Positions 39,887 to 49,350 of a stretch of 64,000 nucleotides of DNA are shown in pieces. Under the pieces are notes generated by a model, which was given only the letters and a program-made list of their open reading frames with translations, did no database searches and had not been told where the DNA came from. The stretch comes from a virus (taxonomy: Duplodnaviria; Caudoviricetes), in the IMG/VR virus record IMGVR_UViG_2837218921_000006, positions 21,395 to 85,394 of that record; one strand, given 5' to 3'. Every line of letters starts with the position of its first letter. Positions within the stretch are counted from its first letter, which is position 1. The position numbers and the translations under genes are program-made.

Positions 39887-41417
39887 GTTGTTCGTTGTTG
39901 TTGGCTGATAGTTTTATGCTCGCGGCAAAATATTCTTTACCGCGTATGTTCCGGTGGGATGGTGTCTGACGGTCATTGCCGTCAGCATCAGCCCCCGGCA
40001 AATAATCTGCATCGGCTCCGGACTCAAGTATGTCCACCATGTCGCTGACACTGTAAAGGCGTGCGTCCATTGCCGCGGCGCATCCTGACACAAGCCGTTT
40101 CAGTCCATACTTTTTCTCAAGTTTCATGATGCCACGGCAGACTCTGAAGGCAAGTTCCGGATAACGCCTGTCCTCGATGACAGCACGCAGATAGTGCAAT
40201 ACGATGTTGTCGATCTGTGCAGCGCGTGAAAGCAGTTCCGCAATGTCGCTCTCGCAGCTCCCCTTGCGTCCGGGCAGATTGTGTGACGGTTTCGTTGTAT
40301 ATTCATACGGAGTATCGTTGCGGTGATGCGTCGCCACATGGGTAAAGCCATGAAAGATGTCGATCGTGTCAGTGTCGTAGACCAGTTCCACACGTTTGCC
40401 TACATATTGCACAGGCACACTGTAGTGATGCTTGTGCAGAGTTACGTAGCTGTTACGCTGTACTGTCGCGACAGCCCGCTGTTTCATCTGATAGCGGTTC
40501 GCAGGCAATGGCCGGAGATTGTCCCGCTCCACAGCCTCAAAGAGCTGACGGCGTGATTCCTTTCGACGCGTCAGATTACGCGCGTTGAACTTCTCCAGAG
40601 ACCTGAGGATTGCTTCGTTAAGCGACTCCAGATTATGGAAAATCTGACCTTCAAGGTCTACGTACACAGACCGATACATCAGTTTTACTGCATTTTCCAC
40701 CAGGGCCTTGTCCTTTGGATGCCGCACACGGGCAGGCACCACGGCGCAGCCGTAATGCTCGGCAAAGGATTCGAAGTCAGGATTTATGACCGGCTCGTCG
40801 CGGCCACTGCGCGTGACTGCAGATTTCAGGTTGTCAGGCACAATCGCACATGGTGCGCCGCCGTAGAAACGGATGGCGTTTTCGCAGGCCTTTATCAGAT
40901 CTTCCTTCTTCTGCGTCCACACTGCCTCGCAATATGTGTAGTGGCTACATGGAAGTATCGCCACAAACACCTCGACCTTTCGTATCCCGGCTGTTGCCTC
41001 ATCGACTATTTCCAATCTGTCTCCGGCAAAATCGATATACATCTGGTCTCCGGCGCGGTGCTTCACATGCCCGATGGCGTTGGTCTGCAGCATGAACTGC
41101 CTGAGTTTCATCCCGAAAGATGCCTTCAGATAGCCATCGGGATGGCCGGTATGATACTCTTCATACAACTTCTTGACCGTCATGCCCTTTCGAGAAAGTC
41201 GCGCCGCATAATCGGGCAATAGGGCTTCAAGCCAGACCTGCCGCTCCGACGGTTTACGTTCCTTTGCCCCTGGTATGGCAAATAGTTCCTGTAGCCGCGC
41301 ATCACTCAGCGACGGCAGCTTCTCAGCGGGTATACCGCTGTCCTGATACATTCTCACATAGCGGCGCACCGTGTTCCGGGATATGTCAAAGGCACTACTG
41401 ATGCCTTTTATGCCCAT
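39870..41417 (-). CDS. istA: IS21 transposase
   Basis: IDFAG, VPDNLKSAV, PKDKALVE. Confidence 0.92.
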   Translation of the reverse strand: MGIKGISSAFDISRNTVRRYVRMYQDSGIPAEKLPSLSDARLQELFAIPGAKERKPSERQVWLEALLPDYAARLSRKGMTVKKLYEEYHTGHPDGYLKASFGMKLRQFMLQTNAIGHVKHRAGDQMYIDFAGDRLEIVDEATAGIRKVEVFVAILPCSHYTYCEAVWTQKKEDLIKACENAIRFYGGAPCAIVPDNLKSAVTRSGRDEPVINPDFESFAEHYGCAVVPARVRHPKDKALVENAVKLMYRSVYVDLEGQIFHNLESLNEAILRSLEKFNARNLTRRKESRRQLFEAVERDNLRPLPANRYQMKQRAVATVQRNSYVTLHKHHYSVPVQYVGKRVELVYDTDTIDIFHGFTHVATHHRNDTPYEYTTKPSHNLPGRKGSCESDIAELLSRAAQIDNIVLHYLRAVIEDRRYPELAFRVCRGIMKLEKKYGLKRLVSGCAAAMDARLYSVSDMVDILESGADADYLPGADADGNDRQTPSHRNIRGKEYFAASIKLSANNNEQHGNEQ

Positions 41418-41679
41418 CCCTGATGCGTGACATAGGAGAATATTCTTTTATCTTGTGTTCATGTTTTCTTTGAATTATATCCCCCGTCGGCCAAAACGGA
41501 ATTCAAAGATACATATAAAATCCCCTGCTGACATTACGTCGACAGGGGTCATTTTTATATTGGGCAAAAGGGTCAGTGATATTTTGGCTTAAGGGGTCAA
41601 TTCAACCTGGTCTAAGGGGTCATCCGAGCCTGGGTTTTCCATCGGAGAGAGAAGCTTGGAGAAGATTATATAAATTCAT

Positions 41680-42410
41680 TGTGAGGTCTGAATTTAAGAT
41701 TTTACGCCGAAACAATACATTGCCACATCTCCGGCGCTTTCGAGCGGTGACAACGGTCTGTAATGACATAGAGGATGCTGTCAGCTTGTTTCATTAAAGC
41801 CAACAATTGTTGCTGCCAACCAATAGAGGTAAGCAAAAGGCGTAGTTCTCCCATGCCGCTTGTGTTCGCAAAAGCCAACAGCAGTAGCGGTCCACCTTTT
41901 TGAGGGCAGAATACGCTTTGTGTTCGGTTGCAAATCTTTGCAATCGGAACCTTTCTTCTAATGTTACATTGAGGTCACCTTACCCTGTGCTATCCTATTA
42001 TATAATTATGCGCCAGATGCTTGGAACCTACTACATATCTCCTCTACTTAACGCCGCCACTAAATCCAAAAAAATCCGGCGTGTTTTGGCAATATACAGT
42101 AATGTCCGTCAGTACATTATGACGCGCACAGAGCGTCAGTATTTTCAATTCTCAGTAGCCGCTGACTGAGGAATAAGCCCGTTAAGCATCGCTTCCTTAC
42201 GGCGAGTTGTTTAGGGCTGGCGGTACAGGCCGCCACCTTACGGCTTCTCATAAGTTCATAGTACATCGGGTGCCTTTTCACCCGACTAAGATAATTACGT
42301 GTCGCAACGACAATTAGGCATAGCAACGTCAAAGAGCATCATTCCTAATCCGGGCAATATGGTTGAACGTGTCGGACGGATGCTTCTGCCTCGTAGCGTT
42401 ACATAAAGAT
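41680..42410. ncRNA. Candidate large structured non-coding RNA/DNA
   Basis: No credible ORF; more than 10 hairpins; TATCTTTA -7-like box on the minus strand at ~42404-42411. Confidence 0.45.
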
Positions 42411-42901
42411 ACGAAAAAAATCTCATATCTCCAAAAGAGCACAATCTATAAAGTGGTAATCCTGTATCTCAGCCATCGCTATAAATTGGAGTATAGCCAT
42501 AGCTTCCATAAGTGCAACATCAAACAACAACAGCCGGCATCAGCGTAAAGTCGGGTCTTTGCCCGCACGCCGATTATAATCGCGTTAGTAAAGTTTCCGG
42601 TTACGATGTCTGGCACACACTCTTAGGATTGTGCGTTGGTGTTCGACCCGTTTAGGTCGAATATGTTTGACGCCCACTCTTGGGTCTTGTCTTTTGGTGT
42701 GTCTTATACATGACGGTCACGGCATGGTACAGTGTCAGCCCCGCTATTGTCGTGTGAAAACACACCGCAACTACTAAAACCATATAGCCGCCTGTATGGT
42801 TCGGGCGAGAGTGAATGAAGTCTTATTAAAAAATGCAAAATCAACTACTGCGCTTGAATGATGATGAATGACGATGAATTTTGAAAGAGATTTTCGGTTT
42901 C

Positions 42902-43131
42902 TGTTGTGCAATTGTTGTGCAAAAATGGCAAAAGAAAATCGCAACCGATTGTTATTTAATCAGTTGCGATTTTGAAGTGTTGCCTTGGAAGGGCAACTTT
43001 TGTGATATTTCGTGAAACTTCGATTTTGTAAATATGCCAATATTAAATGGTTATACATTTTAACAATTTCATAAAGTCGCAAAAAGCATCATAATGTCGC
43101 TTTGATTTGTATCAACTTTGTATCAACTTTT
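42902..43131. other. att junction between integrative elements
   Basis: Tandem TGTTGTGCAA x2, AAAATCGCAAC..GTTGCGATTTT hairpin, GTTGCCTTGGAAGG core-like sequence, tandem TTTGTATCAAC x2 before the integrase. Confidence 0.6.
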
Positions 43132-43179
43132 GAACTATATCATATACCTTTGCCGTTATTAGATAAACACTTATCGAAT

Positions 43180-44565
43180 ATGGCTAAATCAGCATATACT
43201 AAATTCGTACTGCGAACCACCAAGAAAACCGGCGTTGCGCCTCTTTATACCCGTCGCGTTGGCTTCAACTCCAATCTTATGCTCCACTCTCGAATTGAAG
43301 TTGACATCAAGACTTGGAATGACGCCATTTCCACTCCCGGACGGTGGAATACATTTCGTGCCGGTCCAGGGAAGGAACTCTGCGACAAGCTTGATGAAAT
43401 GTCGGCTCTGATTGATACTATAATCAACGACCCTAAAGGTTCAAGAACGAAACTTGATAAGGCGATAGATGAATTCGCCCATAAAGAGCAACGCGAGTTT
43501 CAGGAGGCACAACGGAAAGCACAGGAAGAAGCACAAGAGCGTAAGAAAGCTCAACGTGAGGCTGAACAGCGGCGCAAAAAAGAAGAACTTGAAGCGATGC
43601 TCCGACAGCGTGAAGAATCCTTCATTGTGGCTCTTGATGTCTTTATTGATGCTGCCCCGGCTCGAACATGGCACGGCAAACCAATTGGACTGAAAACGAT
43701 ACAGCACTACAAGCATCTTCGCCGCTATATCCGCGACTTTATGAAGAAGAAGCATATCACCGATATTCGGTTTGACGAACTCAATAAGTCGTTTTATTCC
43801 GATTATCTATCCTTTGCCTATGGAGAGGGATTAAAGCTAAATACTATCGGCGACCATATCAAGGTAATCAAGACCGTTATCCGCGACCAACCGATGCGCA
43901 TACAATGTATGGCAGAAGATTTCCTTAGATGTGAAAAGCTGAAAGAGGAGTCGGAAAGTATCGCTCTGCTCGAAAGTGAGATTGATCTGATAGCAAAACA
44001 AGAGTTGCCAACCGAACACCTCAGAACCGTGCGCAATCAGTTCATATTGATGTGCTGGACAGGAGCCAGACACTCCGACCTCGAACAACTCAATTACAAC
44101 TCCATTCATGTAACAGAGGATGGAGAACGATATATCCAATATAAAGCAAAAAAGACCGATAAGGTATCGGTGGTAAAGATTTTGCCCGAAACTCAAGCAA
44201 TCCTCGACTTATACGATGACGGAAAGGCGATGCCACGTGTAATCAGCAACCAGAAGTTCAACGATGCGCTGAAAGAAATAATGAAAGCTGTATATGAGGC
44301 AAATCCGGAAAGTACATTAGCCGGATATGTTACCAAGGCATATACCGCCGACGTAGGCAATGGCAGAGCCGGACGCAAAACCGACATATACCAGCGATGG
44401 CAGATGGTGAGCTGCCACACCGGGCGCCGCTCATTCGCCACTAATATGCGACTACGAGGTAATGACCGAGATGTAATCTGTGCAGCCACGGGCCACACCA
44501 CCGAAGCATCACTCAGCCGCTACATCAAGGAAGACCGTCTTACTCGTGCCTCACGTCTAAAGTAG
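43180..44565 (+). CDS. Tyrosine integrase (element 3)
   Basis: TGARHSD, HTGRRSFATN, TGH, RY. Confidence 0.92.
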   Translation: MAKSAYTKFVLRTTKKTGVAPLYTRRVGFNSNLMLHSRIEVDIKTWNDAISTPGRWNTFRAGPGKELCDKLDEMSALIDTIINDPKGSRTKLDKAIDEFAHKEQREFQEAQRKAQEEAQERKKAQREAEQRRKKEELEAMLRQREESFIVALDVFIDAAPARTWHGKPIGLKTIQHYKHLRRYIRDFMKKKHITDIRFDELNKSFYSDYLSFAYGEGLKLNTIGDHIKVIKTVIRDQPMRIQCMAEDFLRCEKLKEESESIALLESEIDLIAKQELPTEHLRTVRNQFILMCWTGARHSDLEQLNYNSIHVTEDGERYIQYKAKKTDKVSVVKILPETQAILDLYDDGKAMPRVISNQKFNDALKEIMKAVYEANPESTLAGYVTKAYTADVGNGRAGRKTDIYQRWQMVSCHTGRRSFATNMRLRGNDRDVICAATGHTTEASLSRYIKEDRLTRASRLK

Positions 44566-44607
44566 AACTATGCAAAAGAATAATTTTTCTTTTCACCAGC
44601 CCTATCT

Positions 44608-44666
44608 ATATGTTGGTTTGGTTTAAGTCGGGTATATATTACCCGGACTAAACCAAACTGACATAT
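44608..44666. repeat. GGTTTGGTTT-TATATA-AAACCAAAC palindrome, copy 1
   Basis: ~27-bp imperfect arms. Confidence 0.8.
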
Positions 44667-44809
44667 CATACCACACCTATGATTTGCGGCTGATGTAAAA
44701 TCCTATTTAATTGGATGTAATGTTTTGTGTAATTGGAAATAAAACACTAACTTTGCACTGCTGAGAAAGGACAATTAAGCGTTTATTTTCCTTTTTTACT
44801 CATCGCGAT

Positions 44810-45421
44810 ATGAAACAAACAATTATCTCAAAGGTCAATCGCAGCAAGAAGGGCACCATCTTCTTGCCGGATAGCTTTTTGCCTATTGATACTCACTACG
44901 CCTCCAACATATTGTCAGAACTATGCAATGAAGGGAAGCTTGTCAGAGTTGCCACAGGGATATACGTTAAGCCAAAAGAATCACGATTTGGGCCCGTTAT
45001 TCCGACGATAGGAGAAATAGCACAGACCATAGCAAAACGTGATGATGCGCAACTGTTGCCAACCGGAGCGACTGCTGAGAATTATCTCGGTTTTTCAACA
45101 CAAGTTCCAATGAACTCCGTGTATCTTACATCAGGAACACCACGTAAAATAAAGATTGGCAAACGTACTCTGACTCTTAAACATAGTGTGCCATCGACAT
45201 TTGCATATAAGGGCAAGATTATGCCGATATTAGTGCTTGCGCTAAAGTCTATCAAGCAATATAATGTTGATGATAATACTCTTGACGTAGTTTATGGCGT
45301 GTTGAAAGAAAGCCCGGAGGAAGAGACATGGCAAGAAGATATAGCTCGTGCTCCGCGCTGGATTAGAAAAATTATTATCGAAACAAAGGATAAAATCAAA
45401 CGAAATGAGCAGATGGATTGA
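44810..45421 (+). CDS. AbiEi-like antitoxin (DUF6088-like)
   Basis: wHTH LSELCNEGKLVRVATGIY, LGFSTQVP; TAACTTTG promoter at 44748-44755. Confidence 0.8.
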   Translation: MKQTIISKVNRSKKGTIFLPDSFLPIDTHYASNILSELCNEGKLVRVATGIYVKPKESRFGPVIPTIGEIAQTIAKRDDAQLLPTGATAENYLGFSTQVPMNSVYLTSGTPRKIKIGKRTLTLKHSVPSTFAYKGKIMPILVLALKSIKQYNVDDNTLDVVYGVLKESPEEETWQEDIARAPRWIRKIIIETKDKIKRNEQMD

Positions 45422-46430
45422 TGCCTCGGATGCTGACCGTCAACAGTCGGCATATATTATAGCAAATGAAAAGAACATCAGCGTGGGTGCGGTTGAAAAG
45501 GACTGGTGGGTTACTGCCATTTTGAAGGTTCTGTTTTCCCTTTCCCCGGCAAAGTATATGTTCTTCAAAGGTGGAACAAGTCTCAGCAAAGGCTGGAACC
45601 TGATTGACCGCTTTTCGGAAGACATCGACATAGCCCTCTATCGTGATTTCTATCTCAATGAACTTGGTAAGGATTGCGCTAAAGCTGCAACTAACAATCA
45701 GGTGAAGAATCTCCGCATTGTCAATCGTGATTATATACTTGGCGAGTTCGCAAAGGAATTGGAATCGAAACTTATAGAATCCGGTTTAGGCGAATGCAAG
45801 GTAGTACCGATAACCACAAAGAAGGACGGTTCGCCAATCGACCACGACAGCGATCCGGTAATCATAGAGATTCACTATCCGGTCAAAGTTGACTCTGATG
45901 CGTATGTGCGTCCCGTAGTCAAGATTGAGATAAGTTGTCTTTCGATGAAAGAACCGTTTGAAGTCAAGCGCATATCATCACTCGTTGGCAATGCTTTCCC
46001 GGAGATTGACGGTGAGACATTTGCCGAAATACCGACCATAACACCGACACGCACATTCCTTGAAAAAGCCTTTCTGCTCAATGAGGAATACCAGCGTCGT
46101 TCACCTCGCTCCGACCGCATGAGCCGCCATCTTTATGATTTGGAGCGACTGATGGACACTGCTTTTGCAGAAGCCGCACTCTCCGACATGGAATTATATC
46201 AGGAAATCATCGCCCATCGCCAACGATTCTATCATGTCGGCGGTGTAAACTACGAGCTTAACCATCCGTCAACCATCGCATTCTGTCCGACTGGCGAATT
46301 GCGCGACAAAATGCGCCTTGACTACGAAACAATGAAAACCTCCATGATTTACGGGGAGAAGCTGTCGTTTGATGCACTAATTGACCGGCTCGAACAATTG
46401 GAAAATCGTTTCCGCTCAATGCCCATGTAA
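45405..46430 (+). CDS. AbiEii nucleotidyltransferase toxin (type IV TA)
   Basis: VEKDWW, FKGGTSLSK, RFSEDID, EK, RHLYD. Confidence 0.9.
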   Translation: MSRWIDASDADRQQSAYIIANEKNISVGAVEKDWWVTAILKVLFSLSPAKYMFFKGGTSLSKGWNLIDRFSEDIDIALYRDFYLNELGKDCAKAATNNQVKNLRIVNRDYILGEFAKELESKLIESGLGECKVVPITTKKDGSPIDHDSDPVIIEIHYPVKVDSDAYVRPVVKIEISCLSMKEPFEVKRISSLVGNAFPEIDGETFAEIPTITPTRTFLEKAFLLNEEYQRRSPRSDRMSRHLYDLERLMDTAFAEAALSDMELYQEIIAHRQRFYHVGGVNYELNHPSTIAFCPTGELRDKMRLDYETMKTSMIYGEKLSFDALIDRLEQLENRFRSMPM

Positions 46431-46485
46431 CCTATGAGGACAACAACACTCACGCCCAACCTTCTTTTTGCTGAGTATTTCCATA

Positions 46486-46535
46486 TAAGTTTAGGTTTGG
46501 TTGGGCATATATAAAGCCCGAACCAAACCAAACTA
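46486..46535. repeat. GGTTTGGTT-TATATA-AACCAAACC palindrome, copy 2
   Basis: Same arm motif as 44608-44666. Confidence 0.8.
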
Positions 46536-46559
46536 TTGTAGCGGGGATGTTTCTCCGCG

Positions 46560-47489
46560 TCAGAGGGAGCGGAGCATTTTGTCGATGCACTTTTTCTTTT
46601 GCTCAGCGCCCGGATGGACGTAAAGGTTGAGAGTTGTGGCGATGTCGGCATGGCCGAGTATGACGCTGACCGTTTTGTAATCGCAGTTGCTTTCGATGCA
46701 GCGTGTGGCGAAACTATGGCGTAGTCCGTGAAATTTCAGCGGGGGTATGCCGAGCTGTTTCATCAGCTTCATGTAGTAGTTGCGGTAGGTACGCGGCTCA
46801 ATGGGCTGCGGCTCGTTGCTTATGACGTAGTATTCGTTGTTGACGACCTTCTTAAAGGGTCGTATCATTGTCATCAGGGGCTTGTTGAGCGGTATTTCGC
46901 GGGCGGAGTTTGCGGTCTTGGGAGTATTGACGACGATTTGAGTGTGTTTGGTGCCGTCATCTTCGAGAACATAGATTCTCTCCACCGTGCGTTGCACAGT
47001 CAGCATTGAGCGTTCAATGTCGAGATCGCACCATTTCAAGCCGCATACCTCCCCGATGCGTAGCCCGGTCGTAAGGCAGACGTATATGCCGAGATTGCGG
47101 AATGTGAAGTTCTGGCTGATGTAGTCCAGAATTTTGCGGTGGTTTGCGGCTGTCAGGACTTCTAAGCCTTGCTTTTCGGGAGCGGTCGGATATTTGATGT
47201 CCCACTCGCAGTGTTGGAGATAGCCGTGCTTTTCGCCGAAGCGAACTATCATTTTCAGGACTATGAGTATGTCCTTGACGTACTTCTGACTCAGACCGGA
47301 GTTAAGTCGGTCGATTACAAACGACTGCACATCCGCTTCGGTCAAGGCGTAAAGATTCCCGAATGTCGGGATTATTTGATTCTCTACGATTAGGGCGTAG
47401 GCTGAGTATGTGGATTGCTTCACATACTGTCGCTTGTCCTTTTTCCAAAGGACAGCGAGATCTTTGATTGTGATTTTTTCTTTTTCCAT
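46560..47489 (-). CDS. Tyrosine recombinase (hsdS invertase)
   Basis: TGLRIGE, HGLRHSFAT, LGH, LYVH; adjacent to silent hsdS copies. Confidence 0.88.
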   Translation of the reverse strand: MEKEKITIKDLAVLWKKDKRQYVKQSTYSAYALIVENQIIPTFGNLYALTEADVQSFVIDRLNSGLSQKYVKDILIVLKMIVRFGEKHGYLQHCEWDIKYPTAPEKQGLEVLTAANHRKILDYISQNFTFRNLGIYVCLTTGLRIGEVCGLKWCDLDIERSMLTVQRTVERIYVLEDDGTKHTQIVVNTPKTANSAREIPLNKPLMTMIRPFKKVVNNEYYVISNEPQPIEPRTYRNYYMKLMKQLGIPPLKFHGLRHSFATRCIESNCDYKTVSVILGHADIATTLNLYVHPGAEQKKKCIDKMLRSL

Positions 47490-47548
47490 ATTCGTTGAAA
47501 TGAATTGATTAGGATAATTAAAGAAAATATCGCATCAATTCGCCCGTT

Positions 47549-48700
47549 TTGCGCTTCCCCGGCTTCACCGAGCCGTGGAAAAAGTGTCGACTGGGTGACT
47601 ATATACGCATTTTTAGCGGAGAAAGCCCCAATTGTGTTAGTTCAAAATTTGGAATAATACCATATTACAAGGTTGAACAACTAAATTGGTGTGAGAAATA
47701 TTTAGGAGAAACTCCATATCTGAGCCAACGAGGAAAGAATATTTTACCAGAAGGCTGTGTCGTTTTCTCTAAAAGAGGTGCCGCAATCCTAACCAACAAG
47801 GTCAGAATGAATCTCTTCCCGATTAATATTGATACCAATTTGATGGGAATTAAAGCAGATAATTCGTTTATCTCAGATCAATATTTGTTTTATTTCATTC
47901 TCCGAGCAAGATTAAGTCGAATTGCGGATACCTCAACTATTCCTCAAATCAATAATATTCATATTAATCCCATCACTATACATGTTCCATCTTTAGAAGA
48001 GCAAGAAAAAATAACTCGGTCCTTGGGACTACTCGATGAGCGCATAGCTACCCAAAGGAGGCTGATTGAGGATTTTATATCTTTGCGTAGAGCATTACTA
48101 CAAAACGCAATATCAAGAGGCTTATCCAAGAAGTCGTGGAAGTTGACCTCATTAAGTGACATTCTGACCGAGCGCGGCGAAAAAAACTCTGCGGGATACA
48201 ATGTTTGCTCGGTATCGGTTTCTGAGGGAGTTGTAAATCAGATAGAATATCTTGGTCGCTCATTTGCTGCAAAAGAGACAGGACATTATAATGTTGCTCG
48301 CTATGGGGATATTATATATACCAAAAGCCCGACCGGGAGTTTCCCTTATGGAATAGTCAAACGCAACACTCAGAAATTACCGGCAGCTATTTCCCCATTA
48401 TATGGGGTATTTGTTCCTAAATATGATTGGATTGGTATATTGCTGGGTTACTACTTTGAGAGCGAGGTAAATACTTTTAACTATCTTCATCCTATAATTC
48501 AGAAAGGTGCGAAAAACACAATCAACATCACAAACAGTGGATTCTTAGCAAACAGCGTCCCTCTGCCAACCGATGAAAGCGAGGCATTAACCCTCGCTAA
48601 ATGCTTGGATACAATTAGCGACAAGATTATTCTTGAAAAGTCCATATTGACCCATTACACAGAGCAACGAGAATATTTGTTATCCAAGATGTTCGTGTGA
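47549..48700 (+). CDS. hsdS: Silent inverted hsdS cassette (two TRDs)
   Basis: Begins at LRFPGFTEPW without an ATG; PSLEEQEKI; shares repeats with the expressed hsdS. Confidence 0.85.
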   Translation: MRFPGFTEPWKKCRLGDYIRIFSGESPNCVSSKFGIIPYYKVEQLNWCEKYLGETPYLSQRGKNILPEGCVVFSKRGAAILTNKVRMNLFPINIDTNLMGIKADNSFISDQYLFYFILRARLSRIADTSTIPQINNIHINPITIHVPSLEEQEKITRSLGLLDERIATQRRLIEDFISLRRALLQNAISRGLSKKSWKLTSLSDILTERGEKNSAGYNVCSVSVSEGVVNQIEYLGRSFAAKETGHYNVARYGDIIYTKSPTGSFPYGIVKRNTQKLPAAISPLYGVFVPKYDWIGILLGYYFESEVNTFNYLHPIIQKGAKNTINITNSGFLANSVPLPTDESEALTLAKCLDTISDKIILEKSILTHYTEQREYLLSKMFV

Positions 48701-48703
48701 CAT

Positions 48704-49350
48704 AGATTGAGGATATATTTCAATCAATGTCCTCAATAAATGAAACGCTATATGAAACATTGACCACGGATTGCAAAACGTCATTCAATGAAATTGGCAT
48801 TGATTATGGAGGTTTGACCGGGAAATCCGCTGAAGATTTTGGCTATGGAAAGCCTTTTATCTCATATCTGAACGTATATCAGAATCAAGTGATAACCGAT
48901 TACAATTTTGATAATGTGGAGATTAGAGACGGAGAGAATCAGAATAAGGTACGCACGGGCGATTTACTGTTTACCCTGTCGTCGGAAACGCCCGAAGAAA
49001 TTGGCTATTCCGCTGTATATATGGGGAATGCTAAAGAACTATACTTGAATAGTTTTTGTTTTGGCATACATATTCAAGAGTCTGAAATGGTGTATCCCCC
49101 TTATATGGGATACTTTACTTCAACGACTTATTTCCGTAGGAAGATAATCCCCTATGCACAAGGCAGCACTCGCTTCAATTTACATAAGCCATCGTTGATG
49201 AATATAAAATTCTCACTTCCCGCAAAAGAATATCAAATAAAGATCTTCAATACTCTCCAGTTGTTAACCGACAAAATATCGACAGAAATAGAATTGCATA
49301 ACAGATATATTCAACAGAGAATCTATCTGCTATCGAAGATGTTTATATGA
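48704..49350 (+). CDS. hsdS: Silent half hsdS cassette (one TRD)
   Basis: Starts at the GATTGAGGAT repeat; QGSTRFN; ends YLLSKMFI. Confidence 0.8.

Larger units (their letters stand above)
38989..41641 (-). mobile_element. IS21-family insertion sequence
   Basis: TG...CA ~50-bp IRs (TGGAAAACCCAGGCTCGGATGACCCCTTAGACCA); internal TGACCCC repeats; istA/istB. Confidence 0.93.

Noticed and set aside
41576-42548. Small ORFs of 61-89 aa in the track
   Set aside because: Alternative starts, atypical composition, overlap on both strands; likely chance ORFs.
41642-42812. Group II intron or TIGR-like guide array as the explanation of the structured region
   Set aside because: No convincing GTGCG 5' end in context, no domain V and no periodic repeat spacing; not fully excluded because the downstream gene is missing.
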